This document shows, one piece after another, positions 1-9,201 of a DNA stretch of 55,856 nt. The translations under genes were made by a program, and so were the position numbers. The stretch's first letter is position 1; each line of letters starts with the position of its first letter. Source of the DNA: an uncultured Acetobacter sp. (lineage in GTDB: Bacteria > Pseudomonadota > Alphaproteobacteria > RF32 > CAG-239); contig CAYQDC010000004.1 of NCBI GenBank assembly GCA_964416205.1, forward strand, positions 1-55,856, written 5' to 3'. Under the pieces are notes generated by a model. It ran no database searches. It had not been told where the DNA came from and saw nothing but the letters and a program-made list of their open reading frames with translations.

Positions 1-1817
1 ACATCTTCATCTGTCCCCAACTCAATGGATATATTGCTTTCATTTGCTTGCTCAAATATTCTGCCGTCACGAAACTCTTTCAGTAGAGCTTCCATTTCTG
101 CAGATATAACCATATTTGTATCTTTTATGTCTTCTCTTGGTGTAATCAGAACCGGACTAGAGTTGTTTGTGGAATTTCCTAAAACCGGAGAATTGGCAGA
201 AACACTTTTATTTGCAAAAGTGCTGTCTAGCGACTGGACCTTATCGGTTTGCCTGGTTCCGGACATTTCTATCGCATTATTATACTGTGGTACAAACAAT
301 TCAGCATCGTTAGCCTTGACATTATATTGCCCCATCGGCTGCTCTGTCGAAACCGGCACCTGACTTGTAGGTGCAACAACTGGTTGAACTTTCGGAATGA
401 AGTCTAATATACTCTCACCGTTCTGCATACCAGCCTGCCCTGATTGTGTAGCATTGCCGTTGCCTGTATGAAGATTATTACTTCTATTTCCAGCGCCACC
501 ATTTCCGATACTATTATTTCCGATATTGTTGTTTCTCTGATAATTTGAAGTCGGAACTTGTTTACCGCTCAAAATATCTTCATAACTCATACCATTGTTT
601 TCTTCTGAAAAACTATTATTTTGTGCATTAGAGAATGTATTATTACTAAAGAATCCAGTATTTGCCGAATTTTTATCAGCAGTAGCACCAACTGCTCCTC
701 CATCTGCCCCATTGTCGTTCCCGCCGTATACATTATCATAACTTATTGTATCCATATCATCGGGCTGCGATGCATATGCATTTTGCAAATCCCACTCATT
801 TGTCTTGGCGTAAACCGTATTTTCTAAACCATCCGAATCGGAACGACGCAGTTTCAGGCAAACAATCCTTTTACCGCTGCGTAAAACCATATCCCCCATA
901 CCTTCAACAATTATCAAACGATTGTTTGGTCCCGCAGCACGAAAGCCAACAGGCGTCTCCGAACGTTCAACAATTAAAGTAACAATTGGCCGTTGTATTG
1001 CCGTCAGAGCTTTTTCGCCCAGGTCAATATAAGTAAAAATATTATCACGCCATACACGTTCCGGTGCGATAATAATATCATCCGGATTTGGAACGTACAC
1101 TTCTATATCAAAACGAAACTTTGTTGGATCTACCGGGATTTTCTCTATCCAGTCTTCTTTTTGTAAATTCCGGGTATAGGTAGAATCTGCACTGTTACTA
1201 TCCGGACTGGAATCATTAGATCCTGCGTAGCCATTGCCGGAGCTGATACTTGTACTACCGCTATTTTTCTTTTTGACGACCTCTATATCTATAATTGCGT
1301 TTGTAATTCTATCCGTATTAACTGTCTCACTTTGAACATAAAAGACATACTTATTGCCTGAGCGTCCAAAAACAATCATATTCGTATCAACCCCCACAAA
1401 CTGTGAAGAATCTGGGTAAACCAACAAGCTTGACGGTCCTTGTATTTCTGCATTAAACGACAAACCATCACCTATGTATACATTCTCAATTACTTCCCAA
1501 TTTGGAAAATTGATGAGCGTATACATCCCTTCGCGCACCCTAACTGGTAGCACTAATTCCGGTGTCCAATAATATTTTGTATATCCCGGACGCGTCTGTC
1601 CTTCACCCATGTGCTGTAGAGGATCTTTCCAGGCGCTTTGCATCATTCCGAGAGAGCCAATACCTCCCAAATAATTTAAATTGGTAGCGGCATAATTGCC
1701 CTGGCTTTGGTCAGCATTTTGATCCAAATTATCTTTGGTTACTTGCGCCTGCGCCGAATAAGCCAATGCTCCCAGCGAAAAAACCATTATTAAAAAGACA
1801 TTATTCATCTTAATCAT
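1..1817 (-). CDS. virB9: VirB9/TrbG-family T4SS outer-membrane core protein with a long Asn/Gly-rich C-terminal extension; truncated by the left window edge (>605 aa)
   Basis: Not in the ORF track because no stop lies in the window. Manual translation from ATG 1817: MIKMNNVFLIMVFSLGALAYSAQAQ (signal peptide)...LPVRVREGMYTLINFPNWEVIENVYIGD...GVDTNMIVFGRSGNKYVFYV...APERVWRDNIFTYIDLG...LIIVEGMGDMVLRSGKRIVCLK (VirB9 N- and C-domain motifs). Directly follows virB8. Confidence 0.85.
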   Translation of the reverse strand, partial: MIKMNNVFLIMVFSLGALAYSAQAQVTKDNLDQNADQSQGNYAATNLNYLGGIGSLGMMQSAWKDPLQHMGEGQTRPGYTKYYWTPELVLPVRVREGMYTLINFPNWEVIENVYIGDGLSFNAEIQGPSSLLVYPDSSQFVGVDTNMIVFGRSGNKYVFYVQSETVNTDRITNAIIDIEVVKKKNSGSTSISSGNGYAGSNDSSPDSNSADSTYTRNLQKEDWIEKIPVDPTKFRFDIEVYVPNPDDIIIAPERVWRDNIFTYIDLGEKALTAIQRPIVTLIVERSETPVGFRAAGPNNRLIIVEGMGDMVLRSGKRIVCLKLRRSDSDGLENTVYAKTNEWDLQNAYASQPDDMDTISYDNVYGGNDNGADGGAVGATADKNSANTGFFSNNTFSNAQNNSFSEENNGMSYEDILSGKQVPTSNYQRNNNIGNNSIGNGGAGNRSNNLHTGNGNATQSGQAGMQNGESILDFIPKVQPVVAPTSQVPVSTEQPMGQYNVKANDAELFVPQYNNAIEMSGTRQTDKVQSLDSTFANKSVSANSPVLGNSTNNSSPVLITPREDIKDTNMVISAEMEALLKEFRDGRIFEQANESNISIELGTDED

Positions 1818-1835
1818 ACTGCTATTCCCAAAGCA

Positions 1836-2618
1836 TCAATTTGTTTTGCGTTCAATTTGCCGATAATCCAACACCGTAAAGCCGAGCGGATTTTTTAATC
1901 TCTTGCCAAATCTAACCCTTTTAGCTCTGTACCTTATCTTTATGGATGCCACCCAGACGCTAACACGTGGCATTTCATACTCAGGCATCATATCTTCCAC
2001 CTTGAACTCAACTTGCCACCACGTTTCGCCTTTACTGCCACCAACTTCTGTTACCGAAACTATTTTAATATTTCTTGTTATATTATGCTTTCTGATAAGC
2101 TCCAATGCTGCGTCTGCAAAATCTTTACGGAATTTATCATACATTCCCGTTGAAGACATTTCCTGTATTGTGCTACCTGCTCCCCATCGCCTTTCCATTT
2201 CATCAATATCGTTAACAAAGGTGTTACGTAGCAATACATATTCTCTTATAAAAATCTCCGTCAAATATTTATGCTTATAAATATCTTCAACCGGATGAAT
2301 TGTGTAAATTTGGTCTTTCTTATCAGAAAAACTGAATAAATACGGCTCTATACGATATAAAGGCGTGATAGCAAAGATAACATACGTCAGTATTATGTTG
2401 CAACAAACACTTACGGCAAAAATAATCGCAAAAGCACGCGCCGTCCACAAATATCTCTTTTCCGTGGCGTTTTCAACAATAATATCTGCTTTTCTGGCTC
2501 TCGACTGACGTATAGTTCCGGGACGAGGTGTCGCCTTTCTCCCCTTCCCTTCAATAAGAAGCTTTTTTGTTCCGTCAGAAGATATTTGTTCAGCCATCCG
2601 TATACCCTTTATACTCAA
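1836..2618 (-). CDS. virB8: VirB8-family T4SS inner-membrane protein (copy 2)
   Basis: Single TM helix, FIREYVLLRN helix, C-terminal RLKNPLGFTVLDY with the NPxG motif. Confidence 0.9.
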   Translation of the reverse strand: MSIKGIRMAEQISSDGTKKLLIEGKGRKATPRPGTIRQSRARKADIIVENATEKRYLWTARAFAIIFAVSVCCNIILTYVIFAITPLYRIEPYLFSFSDKKDQIYTIHPVEDIYKHKYLTEIFIREYVLLRNTFVNDIDEMERRWGAGSTIQEMSSTGMYDKFRKDFADAALELIRKHNITRNIKIVSVTEVGGSKGETWWQVEFKVEDMMPEYEMPRVSVWVASIKIRYRAKRVRFGKRLKNPLGFTVLDYRQIERKTN

Positions 2619-2803
2619 CTTAGTGCTTTAAACCAATCCGGAAGCGTTTTGGGCAATTCAACCTCAATACATGCACACGGAGAAAGTTTCAGCTCGTAAA
2701 TATCTTTACCAATTCCGACAGGTTCCGGCTCATAATAGTCTCCAATCAGATTACATGCTGCCAATACAAACATGGCGAAAAATAAAATCAATGCTTTGTA
2801 CAT
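2615..2803 (-). CDS. virB7: Small lipoprotein, VirB7-like
   Basis: 62 aa, lipobox VLAAC, internal SPCAC, GGGAAG RBS; lies between two virB8 genes upstream of virB9 and overlaps the virB8 start by 4 nt. Confidence 0.7.
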   Translation of the reverse strand: MYKALILFFAMFVLAACNLIGDYYEPEPVGIGKDIYELKLSPCACIEVELPKTLPDWFKALS

Positions 2804-2842
2804 GGCTTCCCCTTTCTTTGTTAACTTTCTTTTATAATTAAA

Positions 2843-2860
2843 ACTTTTAATTTTAAAAGT
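2843..2860. promoter_or_regulatory. Inverted repeat ACTTTTAA-tt-TTAAAAGT upstream of virB7, possible operator
   Basis: Perfect 8-bp arms in the 140-bp intergenic gap; AT-rich, so it may be chance. Confidence 0.25.
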
Positions 2861-2943
2861 CTAACGAGAAAACAAAATGCAGCCACTTATCAACAGGCTA
2901 AATCATCTATGGGTAGTATAACAAGATAAACTTTAAGAAAAAA

Positions 2944-3705
2944 CTAAACGTCAATTTCACTTTGAAAATAACTGTATACGACAAAACCGAGAGGATTAAG
3001 CAACCGGCGATATGCTGTCCGACGCCTGGGATTGACGTATCCGCGAATATTGGCTGTCCAAAATCTTTCGGTTATAATTGGCTCTACACTATCCATGCGG
3101 GCGTAACGGTTCTGGCTTTTAAAAGTGTAATCATAAGTTTTGAATTCTATTTTCCAGGTATTGCTGTTTTCCCCACCGGTACGTTCAACCGATAAAATTT
3201 CAACCGAGCGACTGGAATTATTTTCAATCATTTCTGCGGTTAACAGTGGGTAGACTTTCTCGAATTCCTTATATACCTCGTATGTGGAAAGATAAGACAC
3301 TAATCCTCCCCATAACCAGCGATTTTGCATTTCCCTTGCATCTTTTATGTAAGTATTGCGGAGCTCGACATATTGTTTCATGAAATTTACCATCACTTGC
3401 TCGCGTGATTCCATTTGAAAATTGATATATTCTCTTTTGACAAGTGATTGAGAATCGGAAAATTCCACAAACATCAGAGGATCTATCATAATTTCTGGAG
3501 CCAATTTCATTATGGCTAAGGTGGTACAGACACCATATAACAATGAGCAGATTGCCAACATTGCTGTCAGGCGAGCTATCCACTTATAGTAAACCATTTT
3601 GGCTCGACGCTCTTCCACTACATCTTCGGTAATGAATTCCGGGGCTTCTCGCGTCTTTGTCTTATCGCTAATCTGTAAGACTTTCTGGTTAACTATATTT
3701 GGCAT
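2944..3705 (-). CDS. virB8: VirB8-family T4SS inner-membrane protein (copy 1)
   Basis: TM helix, FMKQYVELRN, C-terminal RLLNPLGFVVYSY; clearly paralogous to 1836..2618. Confidence 0.88.
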   Translation of the reverse strand: MPNIVNQKVLQISDKTKTREAPEFITEDVVEERRAKMVYYKWIARLTAMLAICSLLYGVCTTLAIMKLAPEIMIDPLMFVEFSDSQSLVKREYINFQMESREQVMVNFMKQYVELRNTYIKDAREMQNRWLWGGLVSYLSTYEVYKEFEKVYPLLTAEMIENNSSRSVEILSVERTGGENSNTWKIEFKTYDYTFKSQNRYARMDSVEPIITERFWTANIRGYVNPRRRTAYRRLLNPLGFVVYSYFQSEIDV

Positions 3706-3726
3706 TGTTTGCTTTATGCTCCTTTT

Positions 3727-6700
3727 TTAATATACTGGGCAATAGGCTACTGCTTGGCTTTGATTATCCATAGAAGTCAGACCTTCTTCTTCAGCCACAA
3801 GCAGGGCTTCACGGTTGCTTTCGGCTTCTTTAACGGCTTCTTCCATGGATGCTCCGGTTTCATCAGATTGGATTGTAGCTACCTCTGCTTCGTCAACGGC
3901 TAGAGCGTCAAAATAGTTATCCATTTTGTCCAGACGTTCTTTGACTCGTTCTTCGTCTCCGTCGTTAAACTCAAGAGTGTTACGACCTTTATATTCGGTT
4001 CCTGTGGTCTCATCGGTGTAACCGTATTTGGCCTTTTGAATAGCCTCATCTTTCAGCTCATCCAATTTGCAGTATATCTCTTCATAGTATGAGCCTTCAC
4101 TTACGCTGCTACAATCCACATCATACACGTCATCTGACGCATCTTTGGCCAAACCGCCGGTGTCCATAATCAACTGTGCACATTCAGATGCGCTGGTTTC
4201 GGCACATTCACTGTCACTTGTGTCTTCGCACAGTTCTTCGCCTGCTATACTCTCACCCAGTGCATGTATTTGCGTACAGAGGTTTTCAAGAGCTGTAACA
4301 ACATCTTCCTTGTTGTTGTCCATGGTTTTTTCGGCGTTATGTTCAGCATTGACAGCCTCCAGAAACGAGCCAATCACATTGCGTTTAAATGTTGCCAAAT
4401 CCGCACGCTGGCGTTCTATGTTGTTCTCCTGATTTTCATCATCTAATAAATAATCATAGATGTTTCTCAATATCGGACGGTATTCCAGATTACCATTCAA
4501 GAATTGTCCAAGCTCACTGTAATTGGTATACATCGGCTCATTGGTGCTGTTCAAACTGCTCTGTAAGGCTTTTGAATTATCATCCTCGTCAGCGTGATCG
4601 GCCAGCAAGTGGCGCAGGCCGTTACCATAGGCGGCAACTTCCTGACAAGTTTGTTCTGTTGCGCCGGACGGTATGGCGCTACGTTGTTTGAAACTCATGT
4701 CGCTGACACTATCGCCTCCGCCAACATCTATGATTTTATTTGAAGCTGAACTTACTATTGTGCCGTTGTTGTCTCTCTTACCCAATTTGCAAGGATATAC
4801 GCCTGCGCGTCCGATAATGGCGCGGTAATGCTCTTCCTTAGCATCAGAAATATCCGCGTTGTTAATATAGTCTTTTAGCTTATCTTCACCATACGAACGC
4901 TCCACAAATGTCTGCTGGTATAGGCCGTTATCTCTGAAGTTTGGCGTAGCCAGCAGATAACGCCAAGTTTCGGGTAGATATTCAACCGTTTCTGCGCTTT
5001 CCGTCGTGGTCTGCTTATATTTTTTATCTACCAGCGTAGAGCGCGACGGCTTGTTGTTGTTCTTTGGCACGTCGTCATAATCCAGCGCGCTGAAGTAGAA
5101 GACTTCTCTTAATGGCGCTAGGTTTAATAGTGGCCGGTGTGGCGCCATGTAATCACGCCCATTGTTGCTATTCGTGTTTTCATCGGCTGATGGCGTCAAC
5201 TCATCAACTGGCTTACCGAAAGACGGAATCGTGTTGGTATAGAGGCCGCGAGCAGGAAGCCCGACAAAGTAATCGTCATCGGTGGTGATATTCTCAGGAA
5301 TACCGAAACTCTCAGACAATTTAATACCCGCCTCTTCCAATAAGTCCGATTTAAGAGCCTGTTTTAGATTTTCTATCAAAGCATAATGTTCTTCGGTTAT
5401 AATCGGAGATTTTTCGGACATTGTCGTTTCACCGACAATATCTCCTCCATCAGCGTAGTTTGTATGCTCATAAATCGCTTCATTCGCCTCTTCTTCATCT
5501 TCACCGCTGATACCCCATTTTTTCATGACATTAGTGATTTTTTCGACAGCCGAATCTATCTCTTCCTTAATGGTTTTATCTGCTTCAGGAATATAGGTCT
5601 GCTGCAAAAGTTGTGTCGCTTCTTTTATTGCCTGTTCGCGAATCTCTTCTGCTACTGTTGCTGGCGTCTGGACACCGTCGGGTATTCCTAAAGCATTCAA
5701 GTCGCTACAAGCAACAACAAATTTGCTAACGACACCGTAGTCTTCTAGTTTTGATGGATATTGAGACCATTTTTCGCCTTCAAACCAACGTTCGCGAATG
5801 GAATTATCTATAATTTCATACAAATCATCCTGAACCTGGGAATCGTCATTAACACCGTCATGGTCAGAGGACTCTACTGTGCTGTATAATACACGCGCCA
5901 TTGTCCAAGACAAGTTGTCATACATGTAGTCGTTAGAATGATTTTTGCAGAATACGCCGAAGGCTCTCTTTTCCGAACACCATTCGCGACTTTCCATACG
6001 CGCTGGCTCGGAGCCGTCGTTCTGCGCTTCAAGTTTCTTTTCAAAACTTTCGTTTTGTTCATCTATTTTTTCTTGTAGCTCTTTCGCTGTTTCCAAATAA
6101 TTATCGGCAAAGTCTTCTGCTGTTTGGCGAATTTTTTCACTCAGAGAATCTATCTTCTCCTGTTGGATGTCGAGCATATCCTGAGCGCGATCCATATTTG
6201 CCTGAGCTGTCGCAATCTGTGTATCCAACTCGGCAATATTGGTAAAGACGTTTTCTTCCGCTACATTTTTATACGGATCTTCTTCGTTTTCAGAGTTTCG
6301 GTAATCATCGCATTCTTCAATTTCGACCGGTGCATTGTAGCATAAAAACTTTAACTCTTCTTCTATGGCAGGTATTTGTCCGATTTCATCTGCTAAAGTC
6401 GGATTTGCTATCTCTTCCAAATCTTCGCCGGCACCGGTCAACAGAGCCTCCAGATCTTTTTGCAGGCCTTTTGGCTTTGGTGTGCGCTCATTCAATCTGT
6501 CTTGCAAAGCTGGAACTCTGACATTGTTCAGCTCATCCAAATTTTTAATTAGGCCGCTGACGTGTTCTACCGTGCGCTGGCGGTCTTCAATTAGGTCATT
6601 TTTGGTAGCGGTTGCTGTATCCAGATTTTCACTGTATGATTTACGACCTTCAATAGCATTTCTGAGCTCCTGTTTTAGATTCTGTATATCTGTTTCATAC

Positions 6701-9201
6701 TGCTCCACCATTGCCTGTAAGGTTTCTTCAGCCTGTTTGCGGACTTCCATAACTGGCTTCAGGTAATCGGAAGCAACTTTTCGACCAGCAGCATTGGCAT
6801 TTTGATATAAATGCTCGGTCTGTGCATCCAAACCATCGAGGCCGCCGGGACATGTTTCTGCATAGGAACCGCCGTTTATCCAGCTTCCGACAACTGCTGG
6901 CATATATCTTTGTACCAGGAATTTGGTGCTGAAATCCCAAATACCAGGGCAGTCACTGCCTTTTTCTTCAATTGCCGAATATGGCGTCGACGTTTTTGTA
7001 AAGGCACAGCCACCTGATAAACTGGTTATGCGCTGGTCATAATAGATACTTTGTGTTGTTTTTGAACATCCGATCTCTTTGCTCCCCTCAATGAATCCTG
7101 TATCATTGCTGCCGGAAATATTACACTCTAATGTTTTATAACAGGAATAAGCCCCATCGCTGTCATAACATGTGCAAGCGATTGTTTTGGTACCGTAGCA
7201 AGTTGCTGTATCGCCGCTTACGCTGCAACCACCACTGTAATCGCTACATTCTTGGTCCCAGGCGTCCTGAGTGGCATCAGTTGTCAATTTACAAGCGGTA
7301 ATGGCGGGAAGGATGTCTTCAATGGCACTAGAATCGCTGTATTTCCTAGCCTGGACGGCAGCAATGCGATATGACATCATGCCCTCATCTACCATTTTTA
7401 CTATCATGCGCATATTGCGGTATTTGTTGCGTAAATATTCTTCCTGCAGGTTTTTCTGATCATTCCACGGCTCAAACTGCAAAGTGCCATCTTCTGTCAT
7501 TTCCATAATATGATTATAACCGATGAGCCAGTTTTTTTCCGCCTTGATGCGGTTTTCGGTTTCTATATCATCAGCTACAGTGCCGTCCATCAGAAAATCC
7601 GTGTCATTATAATCCAAATTGCTTTCTTCTGCTATAGCCTCATATCCTCCATCAGGCAATGTCGTCTGATCATAGTCTGCGGTTGGGCTCTCCGGCTCGG
7701 TATCCGCAGTTACCGTGTCCAAAACGCAGGCATAGAGAGTTTCCCCACTGCTGGTTGTGCAACTGCTTTGATTCTCTTCCACATCATCTATCTTATACCC
7801 CTGCGGACAAGTGGCATAATAGCCGTTGCACTCGCTGGTAGAAGTGCCTAAAATAGTATCGGTCGTATATTCCTGATATTCAGCTATAACCTGATATGAC
7901 AAACCGCCGCGACTGTCATGTTCGTTGGCGACATCAGGAATTTTCCCATCATACCAGATTTGTGAACCCTGACCGTTGCTGTATTTATCCAAAAAGCCGA
8001 CGACACATTGGTCGCTCTGGGTCAAGACATCCAATAAACGTTCATGAATTTCTTTTGCTTTCAGATACTTACGGTATTGCATTTTGTAATCACCCAACTT
8101 AGCTTTTAAGTTGTGCAGACTGATGGCCAGCGAAATCTGTTCGTCTATCGGCTGCAACTGCCCCAGAATCTTCGTATCATCCGTGTTTAACAATTCCGTC
8201 TTATCCGAATTCATGCTAGCGCAGTCTTTGCTGCTACTGCCGTCGGTGCAGGCGGTACTGCGTTTGTAATCTCCTCCCAACATGGTTCCAGCGGCATAGG
8301 CATATTCATGACTGTCATTATAGGCAAAATGATAGCCTGAATCTATGTAATCAGCGGCGGAACTTTCTTCTACTGGTACAATCGGGTCAACCAGATTTAT
8401 CTGCTGCGATGATATAAACTGCGCTTCCATGGCCGTTAAATCTTCCACGATGCGCATCAAGCGGTCATAAACTACCGTTACAATATAAGCATTCAGCATT
8501 TCGCCGTATTGGCCTGGGTTGGAACTGTCATCCGCGCCCTCCAGCTCATCTTCGGTTAATTCTGGATTTACATAAGCCATTTTCAAACCGAAGAATACAC
8601 AATTATCCTCTGTCTGTTCGCCGTAGAAGCCTTTTTGGCAATGATCCAGACGGTCTATCGTTTTTTCTACTAATCCCAAGTAATCTTCAGTCACGCGGCC
8701 GGTCAGATAGGTTTCTATTATCATATCCTGCTGATATTCTTTGGTTTTTTTGGCATAGGCCGCTTTCATCGCCGTATAGTTATCTGGAAAGCTGCTCCGG
8801 GGAGGATATACAAGAAACAGCGTATTGAAGGCATTGAAATACTCTTCTTCATCCAGACTGTCGGTGGTTATGCCTAACAGGGAACTGGCGTTTAACTTTC
8901 CTTTACCAGGTGTTTTGTTTTCGTTCTTTTCGTCTTTGCTCGTAAACTTGGTTTCGGCAAACTGTTGGGCCTTTTTAAGCACTTCTAGCTTTTGCGTGTT
9001 CAATTCAGACTTAATCGTCTGTGCCTGGCGGTAGGCTGCTTTTACGTTAGAAATGACTTTGTTGGCGTTGCCAGGAATATCTACTTCTATATCCCATGGC
9101 ATCGGCGGCAAAAGAAAGAATGCTTCTGCTTTTGTGGCACCTGCACCTAAGATAACGGCACTTAAGAACAGGCATTGCAGCAATCTTATTTTTCTAACCA
9201 T
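3727..9201 (-). CDS. Giant (1824 aa) secreted acidic, Cys-rich protein with a VirB5-like helical N-terminal module and coiled coils; putative T4SS pilus adhesin
   Basis: Signal peptide ending AEA, many Cys pairs, D/E-rich, long heptad regions; embedded in the virB cluster. The CDS is certain; the function is inferred. Confidence 0.6.
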   Translation of the reverse strand: MVRKIRLLQCLFLSAVILGAGATKAEAFFLLPPMPWDIEVDIPGNANKVISNVKAAYRQAQTIKSELNTQKLEVLKKAQQFAETKFTSKDEKNENKTPGKGKLNASSLLGITTDSLDEEEYFNAFNTLFLVYPPRSSFPDNYTAMKAAYAKKTKEYQQDMIIETYLTGRVTEDYLGLVEKTIDRLDHCQKGFYGEQTEDNCVFFGLKMAYVNPELTEDELEGADDSSNPGQYGEMLNAYIVTVVYDRLMRIVEDLTAMEAQFISSQQINLVDPIVPVEESSAADYIDSGYHFAYNDSHEYAYAAGTMLGGDYKRSTACTDGSSSKDCASMNSDKTELLNTDDTKILGQLQPIDEQISLAISLHNLKAKLGDYKMQYRKYLKAKEIHERLLDVLTQSDQCVVGFLDKYSNGQGSQIWYDGKIPDVANEHDSRGGLSYQVIAEYQEYTTDTILGTSTSECNGYYATCPQGYKIDDVEENQSSCTTSSGETLYACVLDTVTADTEPESPTADYDQTTLPDGGYEAIAEESNLDYNDTDFLMDGTVADDIETENRIKAEKNWLIGYNHIMEMTEDGTLQFEPWNDQKNLQEEYLRNKYRNMRMIVKMVDEGMMSYRIAAVQARKYSDSSAIEDILPAITACKLTTDATQDAWDQECSDYSGGCSVSGDTATCYGTKTIACTCYDSDGAYSCYKTLECNISGSNDTGFIEGSKEIGCSKTTQSIYYDQRITSLSGGCAFTKTSTPYSAIEEKGSDCPGIWDFSTKFLVQRYMPAVVGSWINGGSYAETCPGGLDGLDAQTEHLYQNANAAGRKVASDYLKPVMEVRKQAEETLQAMVEQYETDIQNLKQELRNAIEGRKSYSENLDTATATKNDLIEDRQRTVEHVSGLIKNLDELNNVRVPALQDRLNERTPKPKGLQKDLEALLTGAGEDLEEIANPTLADEIGQIPAIEEELKFLCYNAPVEIEECDDYRNSENEEDPYKNVAEENVFTNIAELDTQIATAQANMDRAQDMLDIQQEKIDSLSEKIRQTAEDFADNYLETAKELQEKIDEQNESFEKKLEAQNDGSEPARMESREWCSEKRAFGVFCKNHSNDYMYDNLSWTMARVLYSTVESSDHDGVNDDSQVQDDLYEIIDNSIRERWFEGEKWSQYPSKLEDYGVVSKFVVACSDLNALGIPDGVQTPATVAEEIREQAIKEATQLLQQTYIPEADKTIKEEIDSAVEKITNVMKKWGISGEDEEEANEAIYEHTNYADGGDIVGETTMSEKSPIITEEHYALIENLKQALKSDLLEEAGIKLSESFGIPENITTDDDYFVGLPARGLYTNTIPSFGKPVDELTPSADENTNSNNGRDYMAPHRPLLNLAPLREVFYFSALDYDDVPKNNNKPSRSTLVDKKYKQTTTESAETVEYLPETWRYLLATPNFRDNGLYQQTFVERSYGEDKLKDYINNADISDAKEEHYRAIIGRAGVYPCKLGKRDNNGTIVSSASNKIIDVGGGDSVSDMSFKQRSAIPSGATEQTCQEVAAYGNGLRHLLADHADEDDNSKALQSSLNSTNEPMYTNYSELGQFLNGNLEYRPILRNIYDYLLDDENQENNIERQRADLATFKRNVIGSFLEAVNAEHNAEKTMDNNKEDVVTALENLCTQIHALGESIAGEELCEDTSDSECAETSASECAQLIMDTGGLAKDASDDVYDVDCSSVSEGSYYEEIYCKLDELKDEAIQKAKYGYTDETTGTEYKGRNTLEFNDGDEERVKERLDKMDNYFDALAVDEAEVATIQSDETGASMEEAVKEAESNREALLVAEEEGLTSMDNQSQAVAYCPVY

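Noticed and set aside
25-982. Short plus-strand ORFs (25..363, 621..827, 746..982) and the similar antisense or overlapping ORFs throughout the track
   Set aside because: They are shadows of longer, motif-supported genes and have no recognisable motifs.
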